A stretch of 62,236 nt of DNA, filler included, from Hausera hauseri (taxonomy: Eukaryota), in the NCBI GenBank assembly GCA_046269625.1. It is 11 parts of 11 records of this genome, joined end to end, with 100 filler letters (N's around TTAATTAATTAA, not from the genome) between each part and the next. Parts side by side here need not be neighbours in the genome. Positions count along the whole stretch, not along the records: positions 46,034 to 51,703 come from JBJURY010209633.1; positions 51,804 to 56,468 come from JBJURY010484131.1; positions 56,569 to 62,236 come from JBJURY010209855.1; 8 more parts are not named here. One strand, 5' to 3'. Under the pieces are notes generated by a model. It saw only the letters and a list, made by a program, of their open reading frames with translations, did no database searches and had not been told where the DNA came from. Shown here one piece after another: positions 50,901-62,236 of this stretch; positions within the stretch are counted from its first letter, which is position 1, and the number at the start of each line of letters is the position of its first letter. Both the position numbers and the translations under genes were made by a program.

Positions 50901-51703
50901 GTTTTTCTTTGCTGCTTCTAGTATTCCTGTGGTGATTTTTTTGTAATAGGTACTGGGATCAGTTTCTTCAATGTCTGTTAGTAACTTGTCTGTGTCGAGT
51001 GCGTATGTTGTCCAGTTGGTTTTTTTTATAATTCCAGAAGGTTCGCTTGGGTTGTTTGGGTCTTCCTGACCTTCCAATACTGACAAGTAGAGGTTTGTGA
51101 TCACTGCCCACATTATCAAGCACAGAAAGTGTGCACATGTCTAATAGATCAGTTGATGCAAGTGTTAGGTCTGGTCTGCTAGTAGTGTTGTGTGCTCTGT
51201 GCAAAAATGTAGGTGGGGAGTTTTTATTCTGTAGTAGGTGGAGGTTTGAGGAGTTTATTATGTCTTCAACTTCTTTGCCTCTCTCGTTTTGTCTGGCATA
51301 GCCTAGAATGGGTAAATGGGCATTAAAGTCTCCAGCTATGATTGTTTTGGTATAGTTTGGTTCAGAGATGTTTATGTTTTCTTTAGAAGAAGGGGGGCAG
51401 TAAATGTTTGTGATGTGGTATCTTGTTCCTCCCTTCCAAAGAAGTATTTCTTGTTTGTCTATGTTTGTGTTGCTGTTGTTCTCTTTAACCTCTGCGTGTA
51501 TATCGTTTCTAATGAGTGTCATTATTCCTTGGCATTTATTGCATCTGCATTTGTATTGCGTGTATCCTGTGATATGTATGTCTTTCTTAGGTAATAGTGT
51601 TTCTTGTAGAAGTGCTATGTGTATGTCGTGGTTTTTCAGTATAAATTCAAGTTCTTGTTCTGGAGGCCTAATACGTTAAGCTGTAGTATGTTGAGGTGGG
51701 AAT
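47949..51703 (-). mobile_element. I-group LINE (Ingi/Nimb-like): APE endonuclease, RT, RNase H, CCHC; (GAA)n tail
   Basis: AGDFNAH, PDLT, GSDH; KSPGPD, YRPISLTS, GLPQGS, YTDD; VYTDGS...QAEI...FTDSQS...WIPGHIGIRGNEKAD; CRHC...HFLLQC; only a few frameshifts. Confidence 0.92.
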
Positions 51704-52367
51704 NNNNNNNNNNNNNNNNNNNNNNNNNNNNNNNNNNNNNNNNNNNNTTAATTAATTAANNNNNNNNNNNNNNNNNNNNNNNNNNNNNNNNNNNNNNNNN
51801 NNNGTGATGTAACTGATAATTAAACGAATACATTGTTCTTTAACATAACATAAATGACAAATTGGAAATCCGATATTCGTAAAATATTGGTTGAAAAAAG
51901 AAAAAATTTTATAAAATTTCAAAAAGGGGAAATTGAAGAAGTGCTGAATGACGTAGCACGTGGAAGTCCGTATTGCATAATTTTAACTTTTTCTGCAAAT
52001 ATTTATTAATCAGGATGAAAATTTGTAGAACCTGTAAACTTGCAAAAACCTGAGTAGCAATAAGGTAATAACCATTGTAACAAAATTGACAAAAATACAA
52101 TAATAAACAAATTAATAACAACAATTCTACACTAACAATATGCATCGTGTGACTTTATTTCAGCACCATCCGCACCGGTCGCATCAAAACAAACTAGGCC
52201 GTCCTAAGTTGTATTCAATAAAAGACAACAGTATGGACGTTTCGGAACGTGTTTTAATTTACTTCTAGAAAACCGTGAATCCTACTCCACAATCCGATTG
52301 TTTCAGAAGAATATATTTTTCATTTAAAAGCATAACGATTTATATAAAATATCACTCTCAATCTCAC

Positions 52368-52493
52368 CTTACCAGCAAACTTTGACTGTACGTCATGTAC
52401 AACTTCCGGAGCAAGAAAGGCAGGTGATCCCAACGTATCTTGAAGAAAAATATCATCACCAGTGAACTGGCAACTAACGCCAAAATCAATCAA
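52368..52493 (-). CDS. Exon of a CaMKK-like Ser/Thr kinase (DFG to APE)
   Basis: LIDFGVSCQFTGDDIFLQDTLGSPAFLAPEVVHDVQSKFAGK; 126 nt, CAG/GTGAG bounded. Confidence 0.8.
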
Positions 52494-52812
52494 CTGAAAG
52501 TAAATACATATAAAGAAACATTTTACAAAATCAGAAAAATAAGAACAAGTTTCTGTGAGTTGAAATGATAAATGACGTTCCATGCGAATCAGTTTGTTTA
52601 CAAAGGTATGCAAACTGATAATCAATAACAGAAACATTTATTTGTCAAAACATTGTTCAACAGTGCCTCAAAGAGCACCGAGGGACTGATAGCAGCACTG
52701 GAGTGTTATTCATAAAAACACTTAAATTCAGTGGAAAATATCTTCCGTATACTTTTATGAAGTACTCAATTGAGGGTGTTGTTACTGTTCAGTTAAATGA
52801 AACAATCCACTA

Positions 52813-54750
52813 TTAAATTAGAGACTTATCACACAAGTGCCATAATGCTGCTTTGCGCCATTCTTGTTCTTGTATCCAAGACATGCTTATGTCGTACTTA
52901 TGCTGCTGCAACATATCGCCAAGCCTATGAGCCATGTCTTCAAGTCTCTTCATGAAATATGCTGTTGCACCTGGACCCCTGAATAAATATAGTTCACTGT
53001 CCAATCCTTTGGCATACATACAATACGATGAGTGTTCGTGATATTGGTATGCCGTTGTACTGCTATGTTGAGGACTGGGACTGCATGTGTGAACTGGCCT
53101 GAGAATGGCCTCAAAGTCGCAATAGATGACAATTGGGACCTTAATCTTATTTTCGAATTCCTTAAATTCGATATAGTTTTCTTTGAGAAATTCCGGCCTT
53201 ACACAATAATTGTTGTTACAGTATATCGTGTGCTCTTTAAGCCTGTCCATGGTCTCTTCATCACTGAAATGGGGCAAGCATCGTTTGCATATTTCAATTC
53301 CGTGTTTATAATTTGTTATTTGGGATCTGACTAGACGCTCAAAATTCTTTATCCAAACATAATGTTTCTTATCAATATCGTCTAGTAAGAGCATATCCCT
53401 ATGATCTTCCAATTTAGCATCACATATTTGCAAGGGGTAAAATTTGTCCTTCTCATCCAATTTAAAGATATTGATGGATATTTTGTTGATGCGGCTAAAC
53501 TTCTTCATTTCATCTATGGGTGGAGGGAATGTGATACACCGAAAGTCGTAGTTGTGTTGGAGATCACTGTATAGCCAAATTCTATCTGCTGCAAGTTTTT
53601 GATCCCGCACGACTTTACATAAAATAGCATACATGAAGAACTTGTTGTCACTATTATGAACATTGATGCAAGCATTTTTCTGCCGAATCCATTCCGGAAG
53701 CTGTATATATGAACTGCCTCGCCTGGGGGAGTATCTGTGTACATATATAAGCAGTCTCTTGATGGTTGACAGAGCCCATCTACTCTTCTTATCCTGGCTC
53801 TCATCAGCTTCACGGATCAGCTTCGTATGCTCTTCATGCAACCATTCAGGTATATTCGTGTTTTACAATATGGGCCTATTTTTGGTCTTGAAGTTCCTAT
53901 TTGATTCTTCACATCGACATTGACGCATGTGGCCTCAAGTTTCATATTAATCTTAAGGGCCGCGAGCTCAGTCATATTGTCCTGGGGGATCCACATTGCT
54001 TCTTTCTTTGCATATTCCAGGAACTCCTTGATGGTTGTTTGCCCAGCTGCATCAATGACATATTTGCGGATTTTATTCTTTAATGAAGCAGCATCAACTG
54101 GCCGCTGTCTTTGGCTTTTTGGCTGAGCCGCTATGCCTGTTGACCCTGAGGCATCTGATGGATCTGATGGGCGTTTTATTCCTGCGGACTGTACTGTGGA
54201 CTGTACTGCGGATTGTACTGTGGACTGTACTGTGGACTGTACTGCGGACAGTGCAACTGGTCTATGCTCATTAAATATGATCTTTTTGGACTTTGATGCA
54301 AAGTTAGTCAGATGATGCTTATGATCTTCATAGAACTGTATGTATTCGCCATCACATACAGTCTCACATCCTGGGCATATATAATAAAGGATCCGATTGA
54401 ATTTGTGGCCATAATAGATCCTCATGGTATTATGGAAATTCTCGGGGTTATGTATTGTACATGTGCAATACATATATGAATTGCACCTTTTGTTTTCTTT
54501 TGACACGATATACGTTGTTGACATATTGTTATAGAATATTTCTTTTTTCGACTTGACGAAGGAAATCACGTGTTGTTTATGTACATTAGTGAATTCCTCG
54601 TATCATATCCTGCACACTACTTCATATGTAAGGCATATATAGTATTGGATTCTGTTGAATATATGGCCATAATATTTCATTATGGTACTATGGCAGGTTT
54701 CTAGCTCATGAATTTGAGACAGACATTCTTGGTACAGTTTGCACATCTAA
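52813..54750 (-). pseudogene. N-terminal half of a second Maverick-type pPolB, 3'-truncated
   Basis: Homologous to 41447-43130 (PKSQRQRPVDAA.LK, GSSYIQLPEWI, HYVWIKNFERLV, IYCDFEAIL, FMKRLEDMAHRLGDMLQQ). Confidence 0.9.
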
Positions 54751-55339
54751 AACAAAAGCAATTATTTGATGAAGACAAAATAAGAAAAAACTTACTATTC
54801 TCGGAAGTTATTTTTGGAAGTGAATTTGGAAATAATGCAAAATATAGCTATGTCAGCATGACTTTCTAATTTTGATAATTGATGTAGTAAAACAAAACAC
54901 GTAAGGAAATAATTTCTTTTAATGGTGGGATAAATTAGGCACTTCATATTGTTGTTGTATAGTCAATATAATGTGCATTTGTTTTAATGCATCAAATGCA
55001 TAAACTTTCAATAGTATGTTTTTCATGCGTTTGTTTTAATGCACAAATGATTTAAAATATCACGCGCGCCAGATTTGAATAGGTTTTCATACATGCCGAA
55101 TCGATTGGCACCATCATATTCTTCGAATAATGCACGCTTCATCGAATATTCGAGTTCGAATCGATATTTCCTCAAGTTCGAATATTCTTTTCCATCATCT
55201 AACATCATATTCCGATTCACCACACGACTTCCTATCCCGCCTCGCTATTACATTTATCGATTTCCGCTTCACTGCACTTTAAATTCACATTTTGCTTAAT
55301 TCGACATACTGATTTTGTATCTATATAGTACATTTTCAT

Positions 55340-56432
55340 GAAATAATTTTTATGCACACGGGGGTTTTCATATATGACGAATCGATTCCCACTATTAGAT
55401 TTTTCGAATAGTTCGAACTTCGATTTTCGAACTCGGAAATTTTCGAATTTTCGACTTAATATTCGAGTTCCCAATATTGGATTTCCTATTTTTCCCCGCT
55501 TAATGTTGCATCGAATTTTGCTTCCTTACCACTTAAAAACATCGAAAATATACCCAATTTGCTCTTTAGATCGATATTAATCAATAATTAATCAATAAAT
55601 TTAAATTCTAACTGCACATTCATATACTACATCATGTTTCCTTCTGATTGCACCCGGTCACGAGTGCTAATCATCCATATTGGAAATATCGGAAATTCGA
55701 TATTGATTTTCGCACACTTGCACACATGTTTTTGCACTACACACCACATATTAAGGTGCATCTCGATGTGCTCTATCTACCTGCACTTGATCCCGATAAA
55801 TTCCACCATTCCTACGCTGCACAACTCAAAAAGTGCTCAAAGTGAAAAAGTGCTCCGACAACCCGATCAATAAACACACCAATCTCGATTAGTACACTAT
55901 TCGATACTACATCAAGTACTTCACACGCGAGTATGTGCCATATTCATATCATTGATTTAAAATTTATATCGGGAAGGTCTGTGGCGGTTCTGTCCCACTT
56001 GCGAATTATTCAAAAACTAATCAATCGATTTAAATTCTAATTGCACATTCACACACACCATCATGTGCACTACCCATTGCACCCGGTCACGAGTGCTAAT
56101 CAGCACTTTTGGACAATTCAGAAATCCAATATTATTGATGTTTGCACACTTGCACATGTGCTGCACACTTGCACTTGCACCAATCGATGTGCACTGATGT
56201 ATACTATCGATTAGCACTTTGTCCCGATCGATTCGATCCATAGTGCACTGTTCAGCTATCGATTTGTGAAAAGTGCAAAAATGTGCGTAGCAACGGCGCC
56301 TAGCGGCACCGTTGCTAGGCACTTTTTAGATCGATAGTGCACATCGCAATATCGATTCGCACACCCACTGATGGGGCAGAACCGCCATTTCAACACTACT
56401 TGCTGAGGCAGAACCACCATTTATATCTTACT
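55340..56432. mobile_element. Subterminal block and two tandem TIR copies of the PolB element; CTACT at 56400 and a second short end at 56432
   Basis: TTTAAATTCTAA.TGCACATTCA...TTGCACCCGGTCACGAGTGCTAATCA at ~55600 and ~56030; GGCAGAACC.CCATTT...TACT occurs twice. Confidence 0.8.
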
Positions 56433-58426
56433 ATTAATTCTCATTCATTTGCCCTTAATTTCACTAAANNNNNNNNNNNNNNNNNNNNNNNNNNNNNNNN
56501 NNNNNNNNNNNNTTAATTAATTAANNNNNNNNNNNNNNNNNNNNNNNNNNNNNNNNNNNNNNNNNNNNAAGGTGGGGAATATTGTACAAGTACCATAAAT
56601 GAGGGATTTTACTGTAAATATGGGTCATTTTTATAACAAATAATCGGAGAGACATACAAAATATAATGATGATTAATAATATGAGAAAATTAAATTTTGT
56701 TTCAATCTTTCTGGAATTAGATCTTTTCCATATAGAATGATCAGCAAAAAATCAGATATCAGTTACTGCAAATAGCCGACACAAATATCCGATTTTTTGC
56801 TGATCACCCGTAGGTTCAGTCACTCAATTTATTTTATTTTTAAGGTAGTTTAAAATTTAAAATCTGGCTACTTTAAGTAAAATAAATGAATTTGAGTAAA
56901 TTGGAAATTTATGATATAACAATTAATTTAAATAATAAAATTTAACATTGTTCAACACGTACCTGATTACTTATAGAAAATAAAAATATCCTAATTTTAG
57001 ATGTATTTTTGGTTTCATATTGGGGAACCACGTATGCATGAAGTCTGTATATATTCGTAATGAAATGAACTTTGACCAATTTCAAGAATCGTTTATTTAT
57101 AGCTACATTTATCCTTGAAAACTAATAGACAAGGCTATTTATGTTGAACATTACAGTTAAATAGCAAACAGCAAGTACCAGAGGTAAGTACACTTTAGTA
57201 AATACATAAAATCATTAGTCTCTGATTTGCTCGGATATTTTTGGTTTTAAACCGCTCATAAATGTCTACCATTGGTTTTCAAAAATTACACAGATCACAG
57301 ACTTTATCACAAGCATAAACCGTCATATTCTATATTATTAAAATTATTAATGAACAACTTTTATGAATTTAGAAAACAATAATAATTCGATGCATTTCCC
57401 AATTTCCTTATATTATATACATAATGTAGTAAATATATTATCCATAATATACAAAATTCTCAATTATTAATAAACTTCTTTTCATATCACACCGTGAAAA
57501 TTTCTCGCCTCAGCAAATTCCTACAGCTAACAGCAAACGGCAACAAACTATTACAACTGCAACAGAAAAAAAAATCAATAATAATTTCTACTCCTAAATT
57601 ATCGATCGGTAATTTTCCACTCTTATCTGAAATACTTACGTAATTAGGTAAAGTTCTGTGAAAAATGTGTTGGCTATTGAAATCAAATTAACTCACAAAT
57701 CATTACACCGGTGTTACTTTAAAACTATGTGTGTTTGAGACGACGAAAGACAAAACAGAAAACAACGACATTAAACAAAAATAATAAATTTATAAAAACT
57801 AAATCGTATTCCATCGTGTATGATTTGTTTCGAATTTTTTTTCTCCTGGCTTTTACTAATATTTCTTTAGTACACGCTACGATAAATATTTGTACAAGTC
57901 ATACATTACAAAATACATTTGCCATCCTTTGAAACAAGAAAGCAAGTAAATCTATGCAAAACACAACAGTGAAATAAATTCCAAAATCCATAAAAAAAAA
58001 ATATTTCTTTCCAAAACAAAACAGCAACAAACCCTGCAATTTGATTGATGGTCATTACACGTCAAATTGATTTCGTTTTTTTAAATAATAAAGTAGAATA
58101 ATGTCACAAAACTACCATTGGAGAATTTCTAATTGCAAGATAATAATAATAATAAACATTGATAATTATAGACAATTCAAAAACAACAAAAAAACAATTC
58201 ATACTTTTGCATGGTATATAAAGTTTATGATCTTCATTTCGTAATAAAAAAACAGTAGCAGAATAAAGAACCTCAGATAACGTATATTGAATCGTATTGA
58301 GTTGGTTTGAATAATTCCGCATGTAATGCGTTGAAAACAACAAATGGAAAAACAGAATATTGAACAACCGCGCACGAATAAGTAACCGGAAAACAAGCCT
58401 AATGAATGACTCAAGAACAACGTCAA

Positions 58427-59026
58427 TTATTTACTCGGCTTGGATGTCCAAACCAAACACGAAGAATCCCACGACCCGGTAGCAATACCGACTCCACTAG
58501 GACTGACGGAAACACAACTAACACGTCCATCATGCGCCGACATAATACCAACGCGTTCTTCACGCAAAATATCCCAAACGCGACAATTATAATCGTCATA
58601 ACAGGCAATTAACAACCGACCGGATTTACTCAAACTGACACTCGTACTACCGCACGTGATATAGTCATCCGTATAAACGGCAATCGACTGATCGGCTCGC
58701 AGATCCCACAGACGACACGTTCCGTCATCGGACGACGTTACGAAACCGTAATTGTCTTTCGGGAAAAATTCCACACCGTTTATGTCTTCGGTATGTCCTT
58801 CGAATATTTGACAACATCTCGTCATTCTCGTGTCCCAAATTCGACAGGTTTTGTCGGTGGAAACCGACACGAACATTTCGGATTTTGTCGGAGACAACGA
58901 AATTGCGGTAACATCGTTCTGATGACCGATAAATTGTGATAATGGTTTTCCGCCAGCAGAAATATCCCATAGAATACAGGTTTTATCACCAGATGACGAA
59001 ATAATCGCTGAGTCATTAACGAATTC
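58427..59026 (-). CDS. Heterotrimeric G-protein beta subunit, C-terminal ~200 aa (divergent; 5' part missing)
   Basis: SSSGDKTCILWD, GHQNDV, FEGHTEDIN, SDDGTCRLWDLRADQ, ITCGSTSVSLSKSGRLL, YDDYNC.VWD, HDGRVSC, ATGSWDS. Confidence 0.9.
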   Translation of the reverse strand, partial: EFVNDSAIISSSGDKTCILWDISAGGKPLSQFIGHQNDVTAISLSPTKSEMFVSVSTDKTCRIWDTRMTRCCQIFEGHTEDINGVEFFPKDNYGFVTSSDDGTCRLWDLRADQSIAVYTDDYITCGSTSVSLSKSGRLLIACYDDYNCRVWDILREERVGIMSAHDGRVSCVSVSPSGVGIATGSWDSSCLVWTSKPSK

Positions 59027-59767
59027 AAATGTGAAAATTCAAATGTGAAATAAACAAAATAAATATTGAAACAAATTATTTTATAACATTATCAAAAAAA
59101 AATAATTATTTTGCCATGATTCCGTTAATTTTCTATTAAAATGAAATTTAATTTTTTCAAAACAATCATGGCGCCATTGCAAAAATTTTTTTCATATTCA
59201 CAATCAGCATCAAAAATAGTATATTACTGAATAGATGGCAACTAAAAAGCCCACTACCAGCGGGGTAAGTTCCCTTGTAAGTTTTAATTGAATAGAGTTA
59301 TGCTAAGTACTTATTTGACGACAATTATTTTCGAAAAGATGTTTGTCACATAGTTGAACTTAAAAGAGACAATTTAAGACTATTAGAAAACCGTATCCTG
59401 ATTTAGCGCAGTTACTATTGAACACCTAAAACTGCGTGGCCAATTTAAATATGCTTAGGAATATGCTACCAGATTTTGAAGTTTCATGATTTGAACAGTT
59501 TTTCCAGAAGTAGTATTTGGATTTTACCTATCAGTGAAGATGAATTAATGAATTACTGCTATGTGGATGTTATCAAAGAATGACTTTTGTTTAAATAATA
59601 TTGGTCTGTGTTCAAATTTTCACCAAAACATTCTTCAACAAGAAAATTTTCCATTATTTAGGTATTTCGTTGTTTTTCTGTTGGGGAAAGTTAAAAGAAA
59701 ATTCCAATGAGCAAAGAAACCAGTAAATATTACATGATTCATCAATGTCATTGTTATGTGTAACAGG

Positions 59768-60355
59768 CAGTCAATTAAAAGAAATAGATTGTCGTATACG
59801 AGAAAGCGACAGTACAGTTAACAAATTGCTGAGTGAAAAACGGAAATTATTGGAGAAAAGGAAAATGGTTGTTACATAAATCTAATTTTACATTCATCCT
59901 ATTTTATTTGGCTGTTACTTCCGATTGAGATGTCATCAAATAAAGTGGTTGCAGTTGATAATTAGAATTATGACTGTGAAACAATGCCATGGTCAGCAAC
60001 AGTGAAATCGTTTTTGCATGACAAATATAAAATGACCGAATTTCGTTCTGATCAATTGAAGACAATAAATTCAACGTTGAGTAATCGACATTATATTCTG
60101 ATAAAACCCACAGGTATCTCGACTTTAAACAATTCACTTGATTTTGATTTATTGCTAAGGAGGAGAAAAGAGTCTGTTATCAATTTCGATCGTTAATATC
60201 GGGATTTACGATTGTTGTCACACCTCTTGTGTCGCTCATGTATTACCAAATAATCAGCAGTGAGAAATTCTATATTTCCTGTGTGGCATTGGATGCCAGT
60301 TGTCCGGCGAAATTGCAGAATGATGTTTATAACGCGATGCAAAATGATCGTGTGA
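59768..60355 (+). pseudogene. RECQL: RECQL/RecQ1 helicase N-terminal exons, apparently disrupted
   Basis: Coiled coil VNKLLSEKRKLLEKRK; PWSATVK...FRSDQLKTINSTL...PTG, ~47-nt intron, GEKSL (frameshift) YQF...GFTIVVTPLVSLM. Confidence 0.75.
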
Positions 60356-60619
60356 GTAAATGAATTATATTAATTAACTAGATTCAATTATTCATTTGTT
60401 TTTTTTAATTTCCGAAAATTATACAGAAATTGCAATTTTTGACATTTTCCAATCTCATGGAGTAAATATTTCATTTTTAGTAAAATTTAAAGGCTGATTA
60501 TTCCAAAGGTTATGCTTTAGACGCTCTCAATGTGACAAGATTTTGTTGCTGAAAAATGCTATTGTCTCATGTTGACCTGATTGAGAAGTTACTAATTTAT
60601 GCTCCTTTAACAAAGCTGA

Positions 60620-61830
60620 ATGCTGACTATAAACGACACGTGCGCATGGGATCAGAATCATTTAAGAAACTCGTGTACAGCATTCACGGGAATAGACTCA
60701 GACGACAGAAATCAACAACAGTTGATGACAAGTGTCGACGATTTCTTATGCGTGCGATTATTCCATTTGTGTCGTGCTTACGTATCATCGGATGAGCCTC
60801 CATCACTCGGCCAATTGCAGAAGATGACCGTCGACGAGTACGGTAAATTGTATTTCCAAGCCCAAAGTCAACCGATAACGTTCGGTGTTGCGCTATTCAT
60901 TCGGCAATTGCATTGCGACACGAAAGGCTGTTGCCCGTGCAGGATGATCTACAGGCTTCACTATGTGATTTTGTTTGTTTCCATTGGCGATGATTTCCCG
61001 TTCTGTAGTGAATACAGGTAAACAGAACGTCACACTGTTACGACTGAATGTTGAACGAGTTTCCACTCTGTATACGTGCAAATTTGAGTCTACCAACCAA
61101 CGAGAGGCGTTGGATATATTTTACCTTTTACAGGGATTGCTGTGAAAATGACAATGTCGATGCATTCGTAATTCTAGCCAGCAATCTTATTGTCTAACAC
61201 GACCACGTTGACGTTTTCTTTTCCGGTATCAATGAGTACAGCCGGCCATCGACAGCAGGGTTGTTGAAAAAAAACGGGCGTGTGGCTGGTACCGTCCTTC
61301 TGTGTGTGACTGCACGGCTGCGGACAATGGACCGCATTGAGGATGTCTGTTGATTGTTACACAAGAAGAAGCGGACGTCGACATGATGGAATTACTGGCC
61401 TCAACAATAAGCTACCCGTCGCGTCTTCCGGATGGTATGAGACTGTGTGATAAAGCCCAGTTGATGATGACGTATCTTGGAAGTTGCCAATTTCCGTGCA
61501 TTGAGTGTCGAGAAGAACTGCGAAGCGGCTTTGACTGCATTTGACGACACGGGATTATTCCCAACGTCTTCAGAAGCCGGCTCCATCCAATCGGCTACTG
61601 AGGCGTTTCATTGACTACCTGAATTGATACGGTCAATGGTTCTTGCATTGCTTGTGAAGACCATGTGTACACTGCGCGATGCAGCTGCTTACTGCCAACA
61701 CTTTAAAGAAGCTCTGCCCGATATTTATCGTCTCGCTAAGACACTAATCACATTCACGGATCAGCTGCCGTATTACATGCCAGCTAACGTGCACGCAAAT
61801 TTGAGCCAGTTTGAGATGGATATGAAATAG
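60620..61830 (+). mobile_element. Very degenerate transposase remnant (possibly hAT)
   Basis: Coding-like GC island with many stops; C-terminal LPDIYRLAKTLIT resembles the hAT dimerisation region. Confidence 0.3.
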
Positions 61831-62236
61831 ATACTGTGTAAATAAATGTTTGTATTTTATTCATGTCATTTGCGTTGCGTTTCTATGATGGTTTTCGATC
61901 AAATTCTGCAAACTTTCAAATTCTTCTTAAATTAATTAGTTCTTACTCATTTACTCACAAGGGACAGCATCTTACTGATAAATGGAGTTTTACAAGTTCT
62001 ACAAGTGCAAACCGTATGGAACGTATTAATACGAAAAATTTTGCAAACAAACCTAAGATGATGCAATATGTGCTTTAAAATGTTACGTTAATTTGCACTT
62101 CTTCAATTTACCTTCTAACATGCACAAGAATTTTATGACTTAACAACACTTTTGCATGCATCTAATATTTGACTAATTGTGTTTTGTCCACCTAATAAAT
62201 ATCTATGTAACATTTGACTAATTATGTTTTGTTGAT

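Overview
This window is not one locus. It is 11 short eukaryotic contigs joined by artificial 100-nt linkers (N44-TTAATTAATTAA-N44), and most of the sequence is decayed mobile DNA. Contig 1 (1-7344) holds the 5' part of a large Ty3/Gypsy-type LTR element. Its Gag is followed by a Bcl-2-like and a DEDDh (REX4/ISG20-like) exonuclease-like domain, with no protease or RT visible, and it is nested inside a CsRn1-type Gypsy. Contig 2 (7445-15425) looks teleost: V-SINE, ERV integrase remnant, RTE-X/L2-like LINE and satellites. Contig 3 has a second CsRn1-type Gypsy copy with a ubiquitin-like domain ahead of Gag, interrupted by a Polinton/Maverick end and abutting a PHF20-like gene. Contig 4 has four spliced exons of alsin (ALS2). 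Contig 5 is a decayed polyprotein (exonuclease-like, Bcl-2-like, chuvirus-type glycoprotein) cut by two nested Maverick ends. Contig 6 is a Maverick capsid module inserted in a hAT-like transposase. Contig 7 has an ITmD37E-type transposase. Contigs 8 and 10 carry related protein-primed PolB genes whose 3' end and 5' end respectively lie next to the same AGTAG-terminated TIR family. Contig 9 is an internally deleted Chapaev3 transposon with an RNase H-bearing LINE inserted. Contig 11 has G-beta and RECQL fragments. The two best candidates for an undescribed system are (i) an enveloped LTR retroelement family carrying Bcl-2 and exonuclease-like cargo, and (ii) a possibly PolB-only, TIR-bounded mini or segmented Polinton. 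All family calls come from motif recognition by eye; no searches were run. Many frameshifts could be assembly errors rather than true decay.
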